A program made the position numbers and the translations under genes. Below, piece by piece: positions 1 through 13,831 of a DNA stretch of 64,000 nt (the stretch's first letter is position 1; each line of letters opens with the position of its first letter). The notes under the pieces are model-generated. The model did no database searches, had not been told where the DNA came from, and was given only the letters and a program-made list of their open reading frames with translations. The stretch lies in assembly GCF_009914755.1 (NCBI RefSeq), contig NC_060926.1; one strand, given 5' to 3'. This DNA comes from the human T2T-CHM13v2.0 reference genome, Homo sapiens.

Positions 1-1442
1 TATAGACTCTTTTCTTTATTTATTCATTAATAAACATATATTAAGCATTAATTCCTGAAACCTGGTATAAAAGGTAAAAGATTACTGGCAATTAGTTATA
101 TCAGGTTGCTAGTACCTAAAATGGTGGGAATCATAAAATAATCAAATAATAAAAAATAACTTGTATTTTAAATTTACAAAACAGTTTAATGAATTGTTTT
201 TATTAAATATATGTTTGTAGCCATAACATTCATATCAATATGAATAGATATATGGCAGTGCTTGACTAGTTGTACCAAGTATTACAATTTTACATTTAAT
301 TTAGCCAGAAATTGTTTCTAATATATGCTCAGAATGCTTTAAGCACCAAATGACATCACCTGCGTTCAGGCCCCCAGAACTGGGGTTTGAAACACTAAGC
401 TGTAAAATATATTGGGCTTCTTTTTCTTTTTCTGATGTTAGGAACATCCTAAGACTCTCTGAAATTGAATGGTGCTATTTTCAGAAGACATTAAACGTGT
501 GCCTTTTCAAAATCTTTTGATAGTTTATGCCACTTTTTTTTACCACAATAATAATTTTAGAGCATTTTGGTATTTTTCAACTCACATATTTCTTCTTTCC
601 TACTTCACAGTCTTGAAGTCTTGTCAGATTTCCCCATATGATCAACTCACTCCACATTCAGATGAATAGGTATGAGATCCATGCTGCCCAATTCTTCTAT
701 ATGCCCAGCATACATAAATAAGGAGCTATCATTAAGAGCTTCACTGCTATACCACTTGTTCATATAAGTTATTAAAAACAGGAGCAACTCTGTTCCCAAA
801 AATGTTTCCACTGACAGCTCTAGGGAAACTAGAAAGCAGTAGCTGATATGAGTGTAAAAAGGGGAGTGACTTTACAATATATGTCTTTCTCTCTTTATTT
901 CCTAGGCTATAAAACTATGTCGAATTTCAACTTCATATTTGATTTTTATTGCATTGAAAAACTTCAGTAGTTATTTTTAACAACAAATTTTTATTCTTTC
1001 CCATACATACTGGTTGAAAATAAAACTAATCAAATCATTTCATTATATTGTTCTTCAGACTTAATGAAATAAATGTTTGATAACTTGTGTCTTTTATTCT
1101 TTCCCCCTTCTTTATCTACTTCAGGAATATTAGATTCCTTTACAGTTTTTTAAAAATTTTAAATTTATGAGTAATACATTTCTCTATGTTTTCCAAGAGG
1201 TTTGCATCTTATACTACTTTTTTGAGTAGACATGGTCAAGTATCATTGAAGGGGCAGCCAATTCCTGCTCTGTGAGGCCATTTTAACACCGCTGTCCCTC
1301 ACCCGAAAATGCTTGTGTTACCATAGACATTAATTATCAGGTCCTTCAGCAACATAATGTCAAAATACGCACTTGGTATATTCAAATAATTCATTGAAAA
1401 ATAAATCGACAAATTCCTTGGCTTCAGTGGCCAGGCTTTTAA

Positions 1443-1743
<301 letters not shown>

Positions 1744-1756
1744 TTAAATATTTAAA

Positions 1757-1758
<2 letters not shown>

Positions 1759-1790
<32 letters not shown>

Positions 1791-1966
1791 AGACAGAGTC
1801 TCGCTCTGTTCCCCAGGCTGGAGTACAGTGGCGCGATCTTGGCTCACTGCTCACCTCCACCTCCCGGGTTCACACCATTCTCCTGCCTCAGCCTCCCGAG
1901 TAGCTGGGACTACAGGCACCTGCCACCACGCCCGGATAATTTTTTATATTTTTAGTAGAGACGGGG
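1759..1966 (-). mobile_element. 5'-truncated Alu, AluY-like
   Basis: Long T tail, right arm with GGGTTCACACCATTCTCC, ends at TAGTAGAGACGGGG; TSD TAAATATTTAA(A/T)TCTTT at 1745-1761 and 1967-1983. Confidence 0.93.
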
Positions 1967-3159
1967 TAAATATTTAATTCTTTAGCATCTCACTTTTGTA
2001 TTCTTGGGTTCATACTTATGCCCAGGTCTTGACACTGTGTCTTCAAGTAGCCTTTTGACTCCTGCCACAAATTACAGCTGTATATTGTATTATCTGAATT
2101 ATCTAAAATCATGGCTATTTTCCTTTTTTAAGAAAAAAAAATCAGTTTTTCAGTACTGAGATATTGGTTTTAAACAAAACACAATAATGAGAGCCTTTAC
2201 ATATTCAGTAATTTAGCAGTCCAATTATGTCCTTCTGTCCTCTAAGTCAACATGTTTTAAAAGTGAGAGAATAGTAATTTTATATCTACATATGTGGAAA
2301 CCATGTTTTTTTTTTTAAATACAACCTTTTAGCTTTGATATGAGGCAATTATGTTTTTCAGTAATATCTGGGATCTATTCTACCTGTTACAATTTTGTGT
2401 GTCGTAATAAGCCACAGAAAACTGTTGTAGGAATTGGAGGGCTTGGGAAGTAATGCCTTTGACTCTTTGCTTGCATAACTCCCTGGCAGAAATTTTTCCT
2501 TCCAGTAAAAATATAATATGAAAAGCGGATTACTGCTCAAATCAGGTGTACCTGGGAGCTCGGTAGATAAAGGAGATTTGTGATAACAACTGAAAGAATG
2601 AAAACAGGGGAAAAAGATAGTAGTTTAGAAGGTAAGTAGAATAATGATTTCAGCTTTGTTTTTAAGAAAAAAGGACTCTTTCCAAATTAAATGTGGTTCC
2701 TGTTATCTGTGAAAACATTGGAAAGTTTAAGGTTTCTATTTCTGAAGTTTTTGTATTCTACTAATATCACTTCCAAGTTAAAAACCCAAAATAAATATTT
2801 TAAGACAAAGTGTGCATATCATTTACTTTAAAGATAACTGTTGCACCTAAGAAACAACAACAAAAAAAGATATTTCTTGAAAAATTTTAATTATCTTATC
2901 CTCGAATATCTTGTGATTACATGCCGGAATCAAATACACAATATTTTTAAAGATCATAAAGCAGTATACTTAATTCTATCAAGGAAAAACTATTCAACAT
3001 ATATACCCTTCATATCTAAGTTTCCCTGAATCAGAAGGTTTCTAATTCAGGAGGTTGCTTGGAAAGGCCGATGTATGAAGTGCTCTAATTTCCACTTGCA
3101 TTAGAATGCTGAGGTCCATTCCTTCTAAACATTTTCCAAAAACATTTTTGAGTATATCA

Positions 3160-3790
3160 TTTATTCATTCATCCTTTCAGTTGATCTGACAAATATTTAT
3201 TGAGCTCCAACTATATCCTATGTTCTGTGTTTGGGATATCGCAGTAAACAATAAAGGCAAAATCAATTTTGCTCTCAAGGGATTTATACTCTAATCAGGG
3301 AAATCCACATTTGTTTATATGCTTATATAAACAAATACATTTATATCTTTATGTGCTTATATACGTTATAATCATATACACAAATTAATAATTAAAATAA
3401 CTTTAGATATTTTAAAAAATCCTGGATATTAGCCATGATGATCTGGCAAGGCCATTTTAAGAAGAATGCATTTCAGCTGCGTCATGAATAAGAAAATAAT
3501 AAGCCAGCCAAGCAAATGTCTGATGTAAGATGTCTTCAGATAGAGGAAACTACAAGAACTAAACTTCTGAGGCTGGTGCAAGTTAAGAGATAGAAGTAGA
3601 CAATAGTGGCCAGATGGAAAAAGATCTTATAGGCCTTAAAAGTAAGGAAGGGATTTCTTGGTTTCTTTGTTTATTTTCTTTTCTAATAATATTATAATAA
3701 GGATTTTAATCATAGGAAATAAGGGATTTGATTTATACTTTAAAAGATCAAATGGAAAGTGAGCTGTAATTAAACTAAATGGAAAGTGGA
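3160..3790 (-). mobile_element. L2 LINE 3' fragment
   Basis: TTCATTCATC...CAAATATTTATTGAGCTCCAACTATAT...GGGATATCGCAGTAAACAA resembles the reverse L2 3' end; purine-rich L2-like continuation. Confidence 0.7.
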
Positions 3791-4189
3791 CTAACTCTGG
3801 TAAGGTGTAGATTTAGCTATGTTAATCTATCCTAGCATTGTTTCAGTATAAAAGACAAGGTACTGTGTTAGTATAATTCTTTGTACAATCTTTCATACTA
3901 GAGGTAAGAAAAAAAAGTTTCAGTCAGAAGCCTCTAAGAGTGTTCCTTATCTCTGGGCCTTACTAAGATATCCTTTTCATTTCTCTCTAGCCTTTCATGC
4001 CAGAACAGGGAGAAGCTTTCACCCAATGGCATAGGGACCAGCTAGTTGGTTCATGTCTCTAGCAAACTTTCCTTTTATTCCACCACCAATTCCAACCACC
4101 AAATTGGGAATCTACGAGCATTTGGTTCAAAGAGCTCACAGCCTCATTCACAACCAAAAATATTTCAGAGTGTACTCTGCAGTAAGAGC

Positions 4190-4890
4190 TATACCATAGT
4201 GTGAACACATTGCAAAAAAAGAAAGAAGGGAGAGAACACTTCTGTCTTGGGGAAGTTAGGGAAGACAGCATAGAGGATGTTGTGTTTGAGTGAGGCCTGA
4301 AGACATCTAAAGTGGTTTTAGGCAGAGAAAATATAAATATAAAATTTTCTCTAAATTACAAGGAAAAGTAGCATGAATTAGAGCATGTAAGTATGATCAT
4401 ATATGATTTTTAGGTAAATGGAAAAGCACACGACTTCAGAAAAAGCAAAGATTTTTATGTCACTGGCAGTGGTAGGAAAGAAAATTGAAAAATTTATTAT
4501 TTGTACCCATGGTACGGAATATGAGCATTAATTTTCAGGCCTTTGATGGAAAGTCTGCAAATAATTTTTGAGCATGAGGGTGACCACCAAATTTGTGTTT
4601 TACAAAGATAATGCTAAGGCAGAGTGTAAAGAATGGATTGAAGGAGCAAAAGGGCAAGAGACTAGCAGCAGAAAAACCTGTTAGACGTCTTTAAAGCGGT
4701 CTAGATTAGATATGCTAAGGGGCTGGACAATGAGAGATGGAATCAAATAGGGAAGAAGGATAAATTAAAGAATCATGTTGGTGTAGAAGTGATAGGGTTC
4801 ATATGTGAATCAGGTTTATCTGCAAGAATAAGTGACGTTATTGAAGTTTATAAAGCTTCAGGCTTAGACTACTTACTGCATGAGGATGCT
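4190..4890 (-). mobile_element. L2 LINE fragment
   Basis: GGGGAAGTTAGGGAAGACAGCATAGAGGATGTTGTGTTTGAG and TTTGTGTTTTACAAAGATAATGCT...GTGTAAAGAATGGATTGAAGG are typical antisense L2 segments. Confidence 0.6.
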
Positions 4891-5355
4891 GGCAACCTAC
4901 TAACCTATGACCTGGCCCAGGTATTCCAAGGATTATAGTCATTTGATAGGCTAGAACTTCACCTAAATCTCCCCATAATCATCCTAACTTCCAGTTTCTT
5001 TTTTTTTCCCCTTGATGTTTGGTATTTGAATAATGAATGTACCTTTCTTCAAGTAAGATGCAATATGCTTTATGTTTTAAGTTGGAAATATCTCCTGCCT
5101 ACCAGTTTTGCCAGTGTGTTTAATGTTTGTTTTATTTTTCAAAGATGAATGAATTTTGGTTGAGCCATTGCTCCTAATAGGCAATACAGTCACATATTGT
5201 TTTCAGTCCTCCTTTATAAAGCAGCTGTATTTTTCACTTATGGCTGATTCACATCTTCTCATGAATTTAATTTTCTTCCATCCACATTAATTATCTAACT
5301 AAAGATGATATGGAGTTGTAATATCATATCAGTGACATAAATTGCCTATTACATA

Positions 5356-5930
5356 AAGTTAAGATATAGTCAGTTACAAACAACAAAAGAATCAACACAA
5401 CTAATTTTTAATGAGAGATTTTTATGTTATATATAAAAAGAATAGTGCAACCACCAGGTTGGTTAATTGAAAGGCTAAATATAAAGCAAAGAAACGGTTT
5501 CCTTCAATCATCTTGCACTGCTATTTTCATCACACCAGGTTATCTTTTTAAGGTATCACAGATACCTTAAAAAGACATCACCTGTTCTGATAAAAAGATA
5601 CCACCTTTTCTGTGATATCACTTTTTAAGATATCACAGAAAAATGAATAATTCTTATAATGTGTCCCTTTACAAGGGTTAGAAAAACTTTACTAGATGGT
5701 GTTGTCTAGACTTCCTCTCACATCTCATTGGCCATTTATACAACACTTGCTCTGTCTAAGCCAATCAAGTGTGATGACAAGAATAATGAAACCACCATGA
5801 TTGGCTTAGACTCATCCTTCTCTGAAATGCATGACCATCTAATACCTGAACAAAATCAGGGTTTTATGTGAAAATATGCAGGAACATGGAGGATGGTTTT
5901 CTAAATAGGCTACTAATAGTATTCACCACT
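5356..5930 (-). mobile_element. MaLR solo LTR, old MLT1 (J/K/L-like)
   Basis: AGACTTCCTCTCACATCTCATTGGCCA, CCATGATTGGCTTAGACT and TGAACAAAATCAGGGTT match recalled MLT1K/L blocks. Confidence 0.7.
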
Positions 5931-7763
5931 GCAGTATTCCTGAAGGATGTTTCTTTTGGAATATTTTAAGATTTGTCAATTACATACCATGATCTCTGGG
6001 TAGATAATGCTCCCTGAATACCTTTCCAACCTTGGAGCTTTCAGCATTAATTGGTCACTCATTTGGAGAAGACAGAGGGAAAAAAAAGTCATCAGAGTTC
6101 TTACCTATTGCAACACAGTCTCAGGAATTTGAACTGGGCATTGGCAAATTTCAATATTGGTCCTTGTTCAACTGCCCTTCCAGTGCCATCCATCATGCTA
6201 TTAGGAATCTTGTCCATACATGCTGTTCTGTGGCTGCTCAGAAACTCTCTAGCAGAACTTCAAGTATTTTCTTCCTGTTAGTAGCCTTCTGTTTCAAACT
6301 CATCTATTTGACCAAAGTGTAACTGTCTTCTAGTCTCAGAAGCATTTCTGATTCATATAAGAAGCTAAGCTCTATCTTTGTATTCACTGGAAGTAATGGG
6401 TTAAAAAAATTCATTTCTCAAGCAACAGAAATGTATTTTGACAAAGATCTGAAGGTTCTAAAGATTATCCAAAAGAGGACACTGTTTGAAGCAGCATTTT
6501 CTAGTTTGCTGCCTATTTGACATTTGGCCATGCACTGATTATATCACATCTCAAAAGTAGCACTTGCTTACCTGCATTTCTGTAATATGCCACTGAAATA
6601 ATACACGTGAAAGGGCACTGACATTGTGAGGGGCTGCTCCAAGAAGTTCTTGGGACCTGGGGCAGAAGCTACAGATTAGAAGACCATGACAATGATGAGT
6701 ATTGTTTCAGGCATTAGCTAGCTTCAGTTTTTGGTGGAACCAAAGTGTCGAAACTCCAGGTAGTCAGAGTGGTGAAATTTTTAAATTATGGAGTGATCAT
6801 CTTCTTCACGTCTCCCAGAAGTCATGGAGTAAATATTTTACAAACAACTAATTTTTGATCTCCAGTTACGTAAGAATGATCTGATTAATTTCTGTGAGTG
6901 AAAAGTTGTGGTATAGTGGTAACAGTCAAAAAATGAATATTCTAATGATTATTGCAAATGTCATCTCTTCATGCAGGAATATAGCATTAAAACAATTGGG
7001 GCTTACTAGCTCTGTATATATGTGGAGGCACAAAGAAATTCTAATGAAATCCCACACTAGTGTAACAAATGTTTTAGTTTTGCAATCTATATATTTCCTG
7101 AAATTCAACAGAAAGCATGTCCTCAGTGTCCTGAGCATTTAAAACAAGAAGAAAACTTTATTTAAAAGGTTTTGATGGCAGAAGAGAAAAGTTAAAGTTT
7201 CCATTTCTTTCATCATTTTATCTCCCTTAGTTTTTCCACATTTCACATCTGTCTTTCTTCTCTGAATACCAAAAGTAATTGATGTTAACTTGATAGGGTC
7301 TCAAAAATAATTTAAATTATTAAAATGTAGTTCTGCAGATATAAAGAATTTATGTGTGCCATTTTATTCTTCACTGTTTCAGAATGACGTCCTGCCCTCC
7401 TACCCACGGTGTAGCCTTCTCCACTTGTCTGAACACAAATGACATCTTTTATGTGTAAAGACTAAAGTGAAGTTCCATGAATCATTTCTTTTTTAATGTT
7501 TCCCATGGAGCATTTCCTCTCCCTGTCAAATAGAAATCCACATTATTCTCTTTTAGAGTTAAACCTTAATGTATTTTCTTTTCGCTTGGAGTACTTTTCT
7601 ATTTTACTTGGTTACTGCATTGCTTCTTACATCAGGCTCATTTGCTACATCACTCTAGGTGCCCACACTATCTTTTTGTAACCTTGCCTTGTTCAGGGAA
7701 ATCGTTCTCTCAAAAGCACTAAGTGTCTGAAACCATGACTGTTTATAATAGGATGGTACACAG

Positions 7764-8110
7764 CAAGGATCCCCAAACCCCGGGCCTACTGGTACTGGTG
7801 CGTGGCCTGTTAGAAACTGGGCTGCACAGCAGGAGGTGAGGTGAGCAGGCAAGAAAGTGTTACCGCCCGAGCTGCGTCTCCTGTCAGACCAGCGGTGGCA
7901 TTCGATTCTCAGAGGAGCACAAACTCCACTGTGAACTGTGCATGCGAACGATCTAAGTTGCGTGGTCCTTATGAGAATCTACCTAATGCCTGGTGACGTG
8001 GAGTGGAACAGTTTCACCCCGATACCATTTCCCCCGCCCACTCTGACCATCGTGGAAAAATTGTCTTCCACAAAACCAGTTCCTGATGCCAAAAAGGTTG
8101 GGGACCGCTG
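7764..8110 (+). mobile_element. MER1B non-autonomous hAT-Charlie DNA transposon
   Basis: Follows the MER1B consensus throughout (GTGGCCTGTTAGAAACTGGGCTGCACAGCAGGAGGTGAG ... AAAAAGGTTGGGGACCGCTG); degenerate 8-bp TSD GTACACAG/GCACAGAG. Confidence 0.92.
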
Positions 8111-8237
8111 GCACAGAGAGCCAAAACATGATTATGAATTGTAAAGTTTTATAAAATTTAATAAATGAAACCTGAGAAGTAACCATTACAGTTACAAAAA
8201 CAAAATAAAGTTGTACATTTTTTAATCAACCATATGT

Positions 8238-8416
8238 ATAGTGTAATAGAAGAAATGTTTACCATGGAGTCAGAAGATGCCCCTAACAAGCTCTATGAAC
8301 TTACACAAGGCTTTTCTCAGCCTTGTCGTCTGCTTCCACATTTATAAATATATGGAAATATATGAATCTTGAACTAAATGATCACTATGACCCTTCCAGG
8401 TCAAATGATCTTGATT
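8238..8416 (+). mobile_element. MIR-family SINE (MIR3/MIRc-like)
   Basis: GGAGTCAGAAGA near the start and GAACTAAATGATCACTATGACCCTTCCAGGTC at the 3' end. Confidence 0.55.
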
Positions 8417-10861
8417 ATCAATATATTAATAGGTTATTTTATTTTAGGTTATTTTATTTTTATCTTAGTCAACTGGAAATGGACTTTTTAATAAAAGCAT
8501 TAACATGGAATGCTTCCTCTTCTTACGTGGAAACAACTCCTAAAGCACAAATTTGTAATTATGGTGCAGGAGAGTCTTATCATAGGTTGCAGATTTTTAG
8601 GCAGTTTTCCGTAATGAGTTAGAAATTATATTAGGGGAGCTTATGATGGGGTCAGTTACTTATAATGCTTATTTTGTTAGAGAATATAGTATACATTTTG
8701 ATGGAATAAAAGCTATTTGGGAGGATATTGCCCTGTTCTCTCACTCCACTTCTTACATGTCTTTTATTCTACAGTTGCTGTCTAAGTCTTAATATCAAAA
8801 TTTGCTCCCTATGCGGAAAATCTGTTTGGTAACTATCTATTTGCTATCTAATCTGGGTAATGTTGTAGAACAGGTCTGTTCTCCATAATATATCCCTGTC
8901 TATCCAAATCAATGTTGTCTTTAGTTTGAATAATGAATATTTAGAGAAACAATTTGAATAGAAATGGATATAACTAAAACTATTCAGTTCTGGGGTTTTG
9001 GTTAGTGAGAGTTCAAAGAGCAAGGGTTTGAATGTGAAGGAGGGGTTGGGTAATATTTTCTTGGGGAAGCAGAATGCCTTAGTGAAAAGGGTACAAGAGT
9101 TCATATAAGGAAAGATAGACTCATTCAATTTCTTTTTCTTCCACTTGCTATCTGGGTGACCTGGAGCAAAGGAATTGGCCACATATGTATGTTAGGATTC
9201 ACAGTTGTAGGTAGAAGAAACAAACTCTGGCTGATTAAGTGCAACTTGATTCATTAGAAGGATTAATATATGACTCAGAGAAGCAGTAGAAGAATAAGTG
9301 TTGCATTTCCATTATAATTACATAGAATAGTAATGATGGTGTGTGGTAAACATACAATTTTTGAAGCTGGTGTTACACTGATGCTGTTTGACATTTAGTA
9401 CTAATACTCTATAAACGGCTATTCGATAAGAACAGGAAGAACTTAAATTGGACATTAGCTAGTGAATGACTAGAAATTCTATCAGGATCTGTTCATTTAA
9501 TTTTGTCTTGTCCTTTCAGAAAATGAATCTATAATTTATAACTCTCAGGAAAAAAATATTGAAATCTTCACATAGCTCTATTGATTCAAATTTTAAGATA
9601 TATAGATGTTAAAACAATCTTATAATAAAATTATCACACCATTAAGATGGTTACCAGGAAGACTTCAGCATTTTTACTAGTTCTTTGTTTTACTTTTTTC
9701 TCTTAGTGGTTTTTTTTTTTTTTTCCCAGTCTCTCTAATTATCACCTATTCCATCTATAGGCATCTTAATCAGTTTTGGCCATACACATTTACTCAGAAT
9801 TCCAGAAGCAAATTAGATTGTATAATACATGGTTGATTTCCCTTTATGTTAGCTTGACAAATAGCAAGTGACAAGATTAGCCATCCAGGAATCCACAATT
9901 AAAGACTATGGTTTAATTATAACCATGTTAATCAGACTGGCAGAATTTTTTGCCCAGTCCTCTGATAAACCAATAACAAAAATTACCAAAGTCTTCTTTG
10001 GTATAAAGAGAGGCAAGGATAATTTGTGAAAATAATAGCTTTTGCTTGAAAGATATAGAGGTTTACTCATTATGTTTTCTAGAATGTTTTCATTATATTT
10101 TCTAAAATAAGAGAATTAGCTTATGGTGTGAGATTCGGGGTTCTGGATTTTTAGAATTTTAACTGCTTTCAATGAAAAAGATTCATTATGCACAATACTG
10201 TTGTTATGACCATTTTACTTTTTTTTTTTTTTATCATTTACAAACAAGGACAGCACATGTTTTAAGTGATGCTTCTTTGCACTATCCATGACCTGTGAAA
10301 CTGCTATTACCATCAGTGAAAGGATGAAGGAAATCATCTGACCTTGGAAAATAGTAACCATTTACCTTTAGTCACCAACACTTTCTTGTGATGAGATGTT
10401 CTGTTAGTGGCTGTACTTATACTTGTTATCTCAGTGTAAATGACTGTGTACTGTTTCCTTCATACACTGATTTGCAGATGTGCAAATTAGAGAAGTCTAC
10501 TAGCTAGCATTCCTTTTCACCCAAACTGCAGAGGAGAGATGCTTTCACTCTGTTAGTTATATGATTACTTTGCTGAGACCATTTAATGCTAATATGCGCT
10601 TTTGTCTGCATTCATCTTTTTGCTTTTAGTTCTGCCAGCATAGTCAGTTGTTACCCCCTCCTCATGTGCCTCAGCCTTGCTATTGGAGCCATCTACCTAG
10701 CTGACTTAATCTCTATTTCCATAGAAAATAGACATGTACAAGTTTAGTAATTCCCTATGACATGGCAAAAAAAAAAAAAAAAGCCCTGTAGAGACTTGTA
10801 AACTATTCTTTAAAAGCACCTAAGAATGAAATGTCACATTGCATGATAAGAATAGTTAGTG

Positions 10862-11176
<315 letters not shown>

Positions 11177-11261
11177 TTAATGGTCTATGCTAGAAGTGCC
11201 ATAGTGAGGCTTTTCATATTTTTAGTCATCAGTCATTCATTGAATATGTATTAATACATGT

Positions 11262-11830
11262 GTGTATTAGAGTTCTCCAGACAAACAGAACCCATAATAT
11301 ATATAAAGATAAAAAGAGAGAGACGTATTAGGAGGAATTGGCTCATGAAAGATTACGGAGGCTGAGAAGTCCCACAATCTTTCTGCAAGCTGGAGGCTCA
11401 GGAAAGCTGGTGGTATAGCTCCAGTTAAAACCTGAGGCCTGAGAAGCAGTGGAGCTGATGATGTGCTTCCAGTTAAAGGCCAAAATCCCGAGAAGCAGGC
11501 AGCTGCTAGTGTCAGTCCTGGAGTCTGAAGGCCCAGGAACCAAGATCACTGATGTCTGAGGGCAGGAGAAGATGAATGTCTCAGTTTAAGCAAAGAGAGC
11601 AACTTCGCCCTTTCTCTGCCTTTTTATTATTTTCAGGCCCTCAATAGGTTGAATGGAGCCCATTGGTGAGGGCAGATCTTCTTCACTCAGTCCGCTGATT
11701 CAAATGCTAATCTCTCCCAGGAACACCCTCATAGACGCACCCAGAAATAATGTTTTACCAGCTATGTGGGCATAGCTGAACTGACACAAAAGCTGACACA
11801 AACTGACACAAAAGCTTAACTCTAACAACA
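11262..11830 (-). mobile_element. ERVL solo LTR, MLT2 (MLT2B-like)
   Basis: GTTCTCCAGACAAACAGAACC...GGAGGCTGAGAAGTCCCACAATC...GATTCAAATGCTAATCTC...CCCAGAAATAATGTTT. Confidence 0.88.
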
Positions 11831-11835
11831 ACACA

Positions 11836-11969
11836 TCTTTCTTTCTTTCTCTCTCTTTCTTTTTCTTTTCCTTCCTTCCTTCCTTCCTTCCTTCCTTTCT
11901 TCCTTCCCTCCCTCCCTCCCTCGCTCTCTCTTCCTTCCTTCCTTCCTTCCTTCCTTCCTTCCTTTCTCC

Positions 11970-12027
<58 letters not shown>

Positions 12028-12036
12028 CTTTCTTTC
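11836..12036. repeat. Compound (TTTC)n/(TTCC)n/(TCCC)n microsatellite
   Basis: ~200 nt of almost pure pyrimidine tetranucleotide repeats, read directly. Confidence 0.97.
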
Positions 12037-12094
12037 ATACCATTAACTGTTCAGTCAGAAAGTAAAAGTCATAATAAAGTATTTTGATAGACAT

Positions 12095-12235
12095 TATAGT
12101 CTACATTCAGACAGACCTATGTTTGAATCCTGACCCATTCTCTTACTAGTAAGTTTACTTAGCTTCTATGAAATGGGTTTTACCTTTTGGGATTATTCTG
12201 AGGATATGATAAATTGATAAGCTTAAAGTGGCAAC
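12095..12235 (+). mobile_element. MIR fragment
   Basis: CAGACAGACCTATGTTTGAATCCTGAC...CTTACTAG...GGGATTATTCTGAGGAT. Confidence 0.55.
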
Positions 12236-12654
12236 CAGGGTCTTACTGAATCTGGGTCCCACTCTTGGGTGTGTAGTTGTGGGAAATAAGCTACTTCCTG
12301 AAGCTCTAATGCAGATACATTTATATCGTAGATTCCCTGAGGACTGTAAATCACATCGCTATGTTGAAGATGTTTGGTGTTAAGGACATAGCAGTACAGG
12401 ATTGTGATGCCATGGAGCTAATATAAATAGGATAAGTAGTTTCATTCTATGTATAGCCATGGGCAGGAGGAGGTGGATGTCCCTTTGGATATTTATGTCA
12501 TACCTTAAAAAATCACATTGCTTCAAAAATAATTTTCACTTTATAATTCATTTATACTTACTTTTTTATTAAGTAACTTTCAGTCATATAAAATAAAATT
12601 TACAATGGTAATGATAATAAAAATAGAAAATCACTAACTAGTAAACAAGTGGTC

Positions 12655-12927
12655 AATATTATATATAATATAAAATTATATATTTTATATATAATGATAT
12701 TATTAATTATTAATTGATATATATTTTAATATGATATATATTATAAATGTAAAAATACATATGTTTTTATATGTGTGTGTGTGTGTGTATACACACACAC
12801 ACACATATATTTGCCTTTATGTTAGTTTCCAAGCTCCTTTTAACCAGGGTAAGATTGGCAAAACAAGTTGCAGTATTTTATTATCAGAAGGGAGGACATA
12901 TATATGTGTGTATATATATATATATAA
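12655..12927. repeat. AT-rich low complexity with (TG)n-TATA-(CA)n and (TA)n
   Basis: Read directly. Confidence 0.85.
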
Positions 12928-13831
12928 TTCATTCAGTTGAAATAAAATTTTTCACATGGGACTTTGAAGCAGACATATAAAAGGCAATCTCATCAATGAT
13001 AAATTTATGAAAAATATAGAAGCAAATTTACTATAACTATTTCAACTACTTTACAAATTCTGAAGATACAACAAGTGTTTACAATTCAGTGAGAATTATA
13101 CTAAGAAGCACTAAGATAATGTGATCCAGGCATATGTCTTTCTGGTGGTCCAAGCAAGAAGTGAATGCAAATGAGAAAATACTGATTGTAGTAGATAAAG
13201 AATGGAAAGTATTTCCCTTAAACAACTTTCCATCTGCTGAAATTTTAAGAGTGAGTGATTTGATGTGGCTTAGTAATGTCAGTGTTCTACAGTGCTAAGA
13301 ATAAAATTAGATTCTTTAGAGACTGAGATGACATTAGGAAAGTCAAGAAATATATCTATTGTTCTGTCTTCATTAAATATCTTCTACCTCTATGTATGTG
13401 GTTCAAGAGAATCCCAAAATTGTGTTTAATAAAGGTTTTACAAATAGCTTTTCTACATTCCTTTATCTGTTATTACATTTGATTGGTTTTTAATTGTTTT
13501 TGATTGTCTCCCTTTCCCCTTCTTGGAGCATCTCTCGCTGTACTCTCTCCCTGACTCTCGGTGATTACCCAGGTCCTACTTCCTTAGTAGATGAGGCCTG
13601 TGTTCTTTAGTTCATCAATTGCTTACACTTCTAACTATAACCTTATCTGATTCTCAACTATCTCTGTCTCCTTGCCTTTAATCACAAATGGTGCAGGGTA
13701 CTTCTCTTTCTTCAGGTCAAACCAGGTCAACTCAGGGCAATCTCCTGTGATCCTGACTTCCATCTCTTAAGAGACTGTGAGCTCTTCAAGGTCAGTTATT
13801 ATGTCCTAACCACTTTGGTCTTCTCTAGCAG

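Noticed and set aside
6105-6274. Minus-strand coding exon (donor TAG|GTAAGA)
   Set aside because: Acceptor lacks a good pyrimidine tract, stops interrupt the frames checked, and no homologue is recognised
7764-8110. CpG island or promoter
   Set aside because: The GC/CpG content is explained by the MER1B element
11700-12038. 112-aa K/E/R-rich ORF
   Set aside because: Translation of the GAAA/GGAA microsatellite running into an MLT2 LTR
12769-12810. (TG)n-TATA-(CA)n palindrome as a structured RNA
   Set aside because: Simple-repeat self-complementarity, common genome-wide
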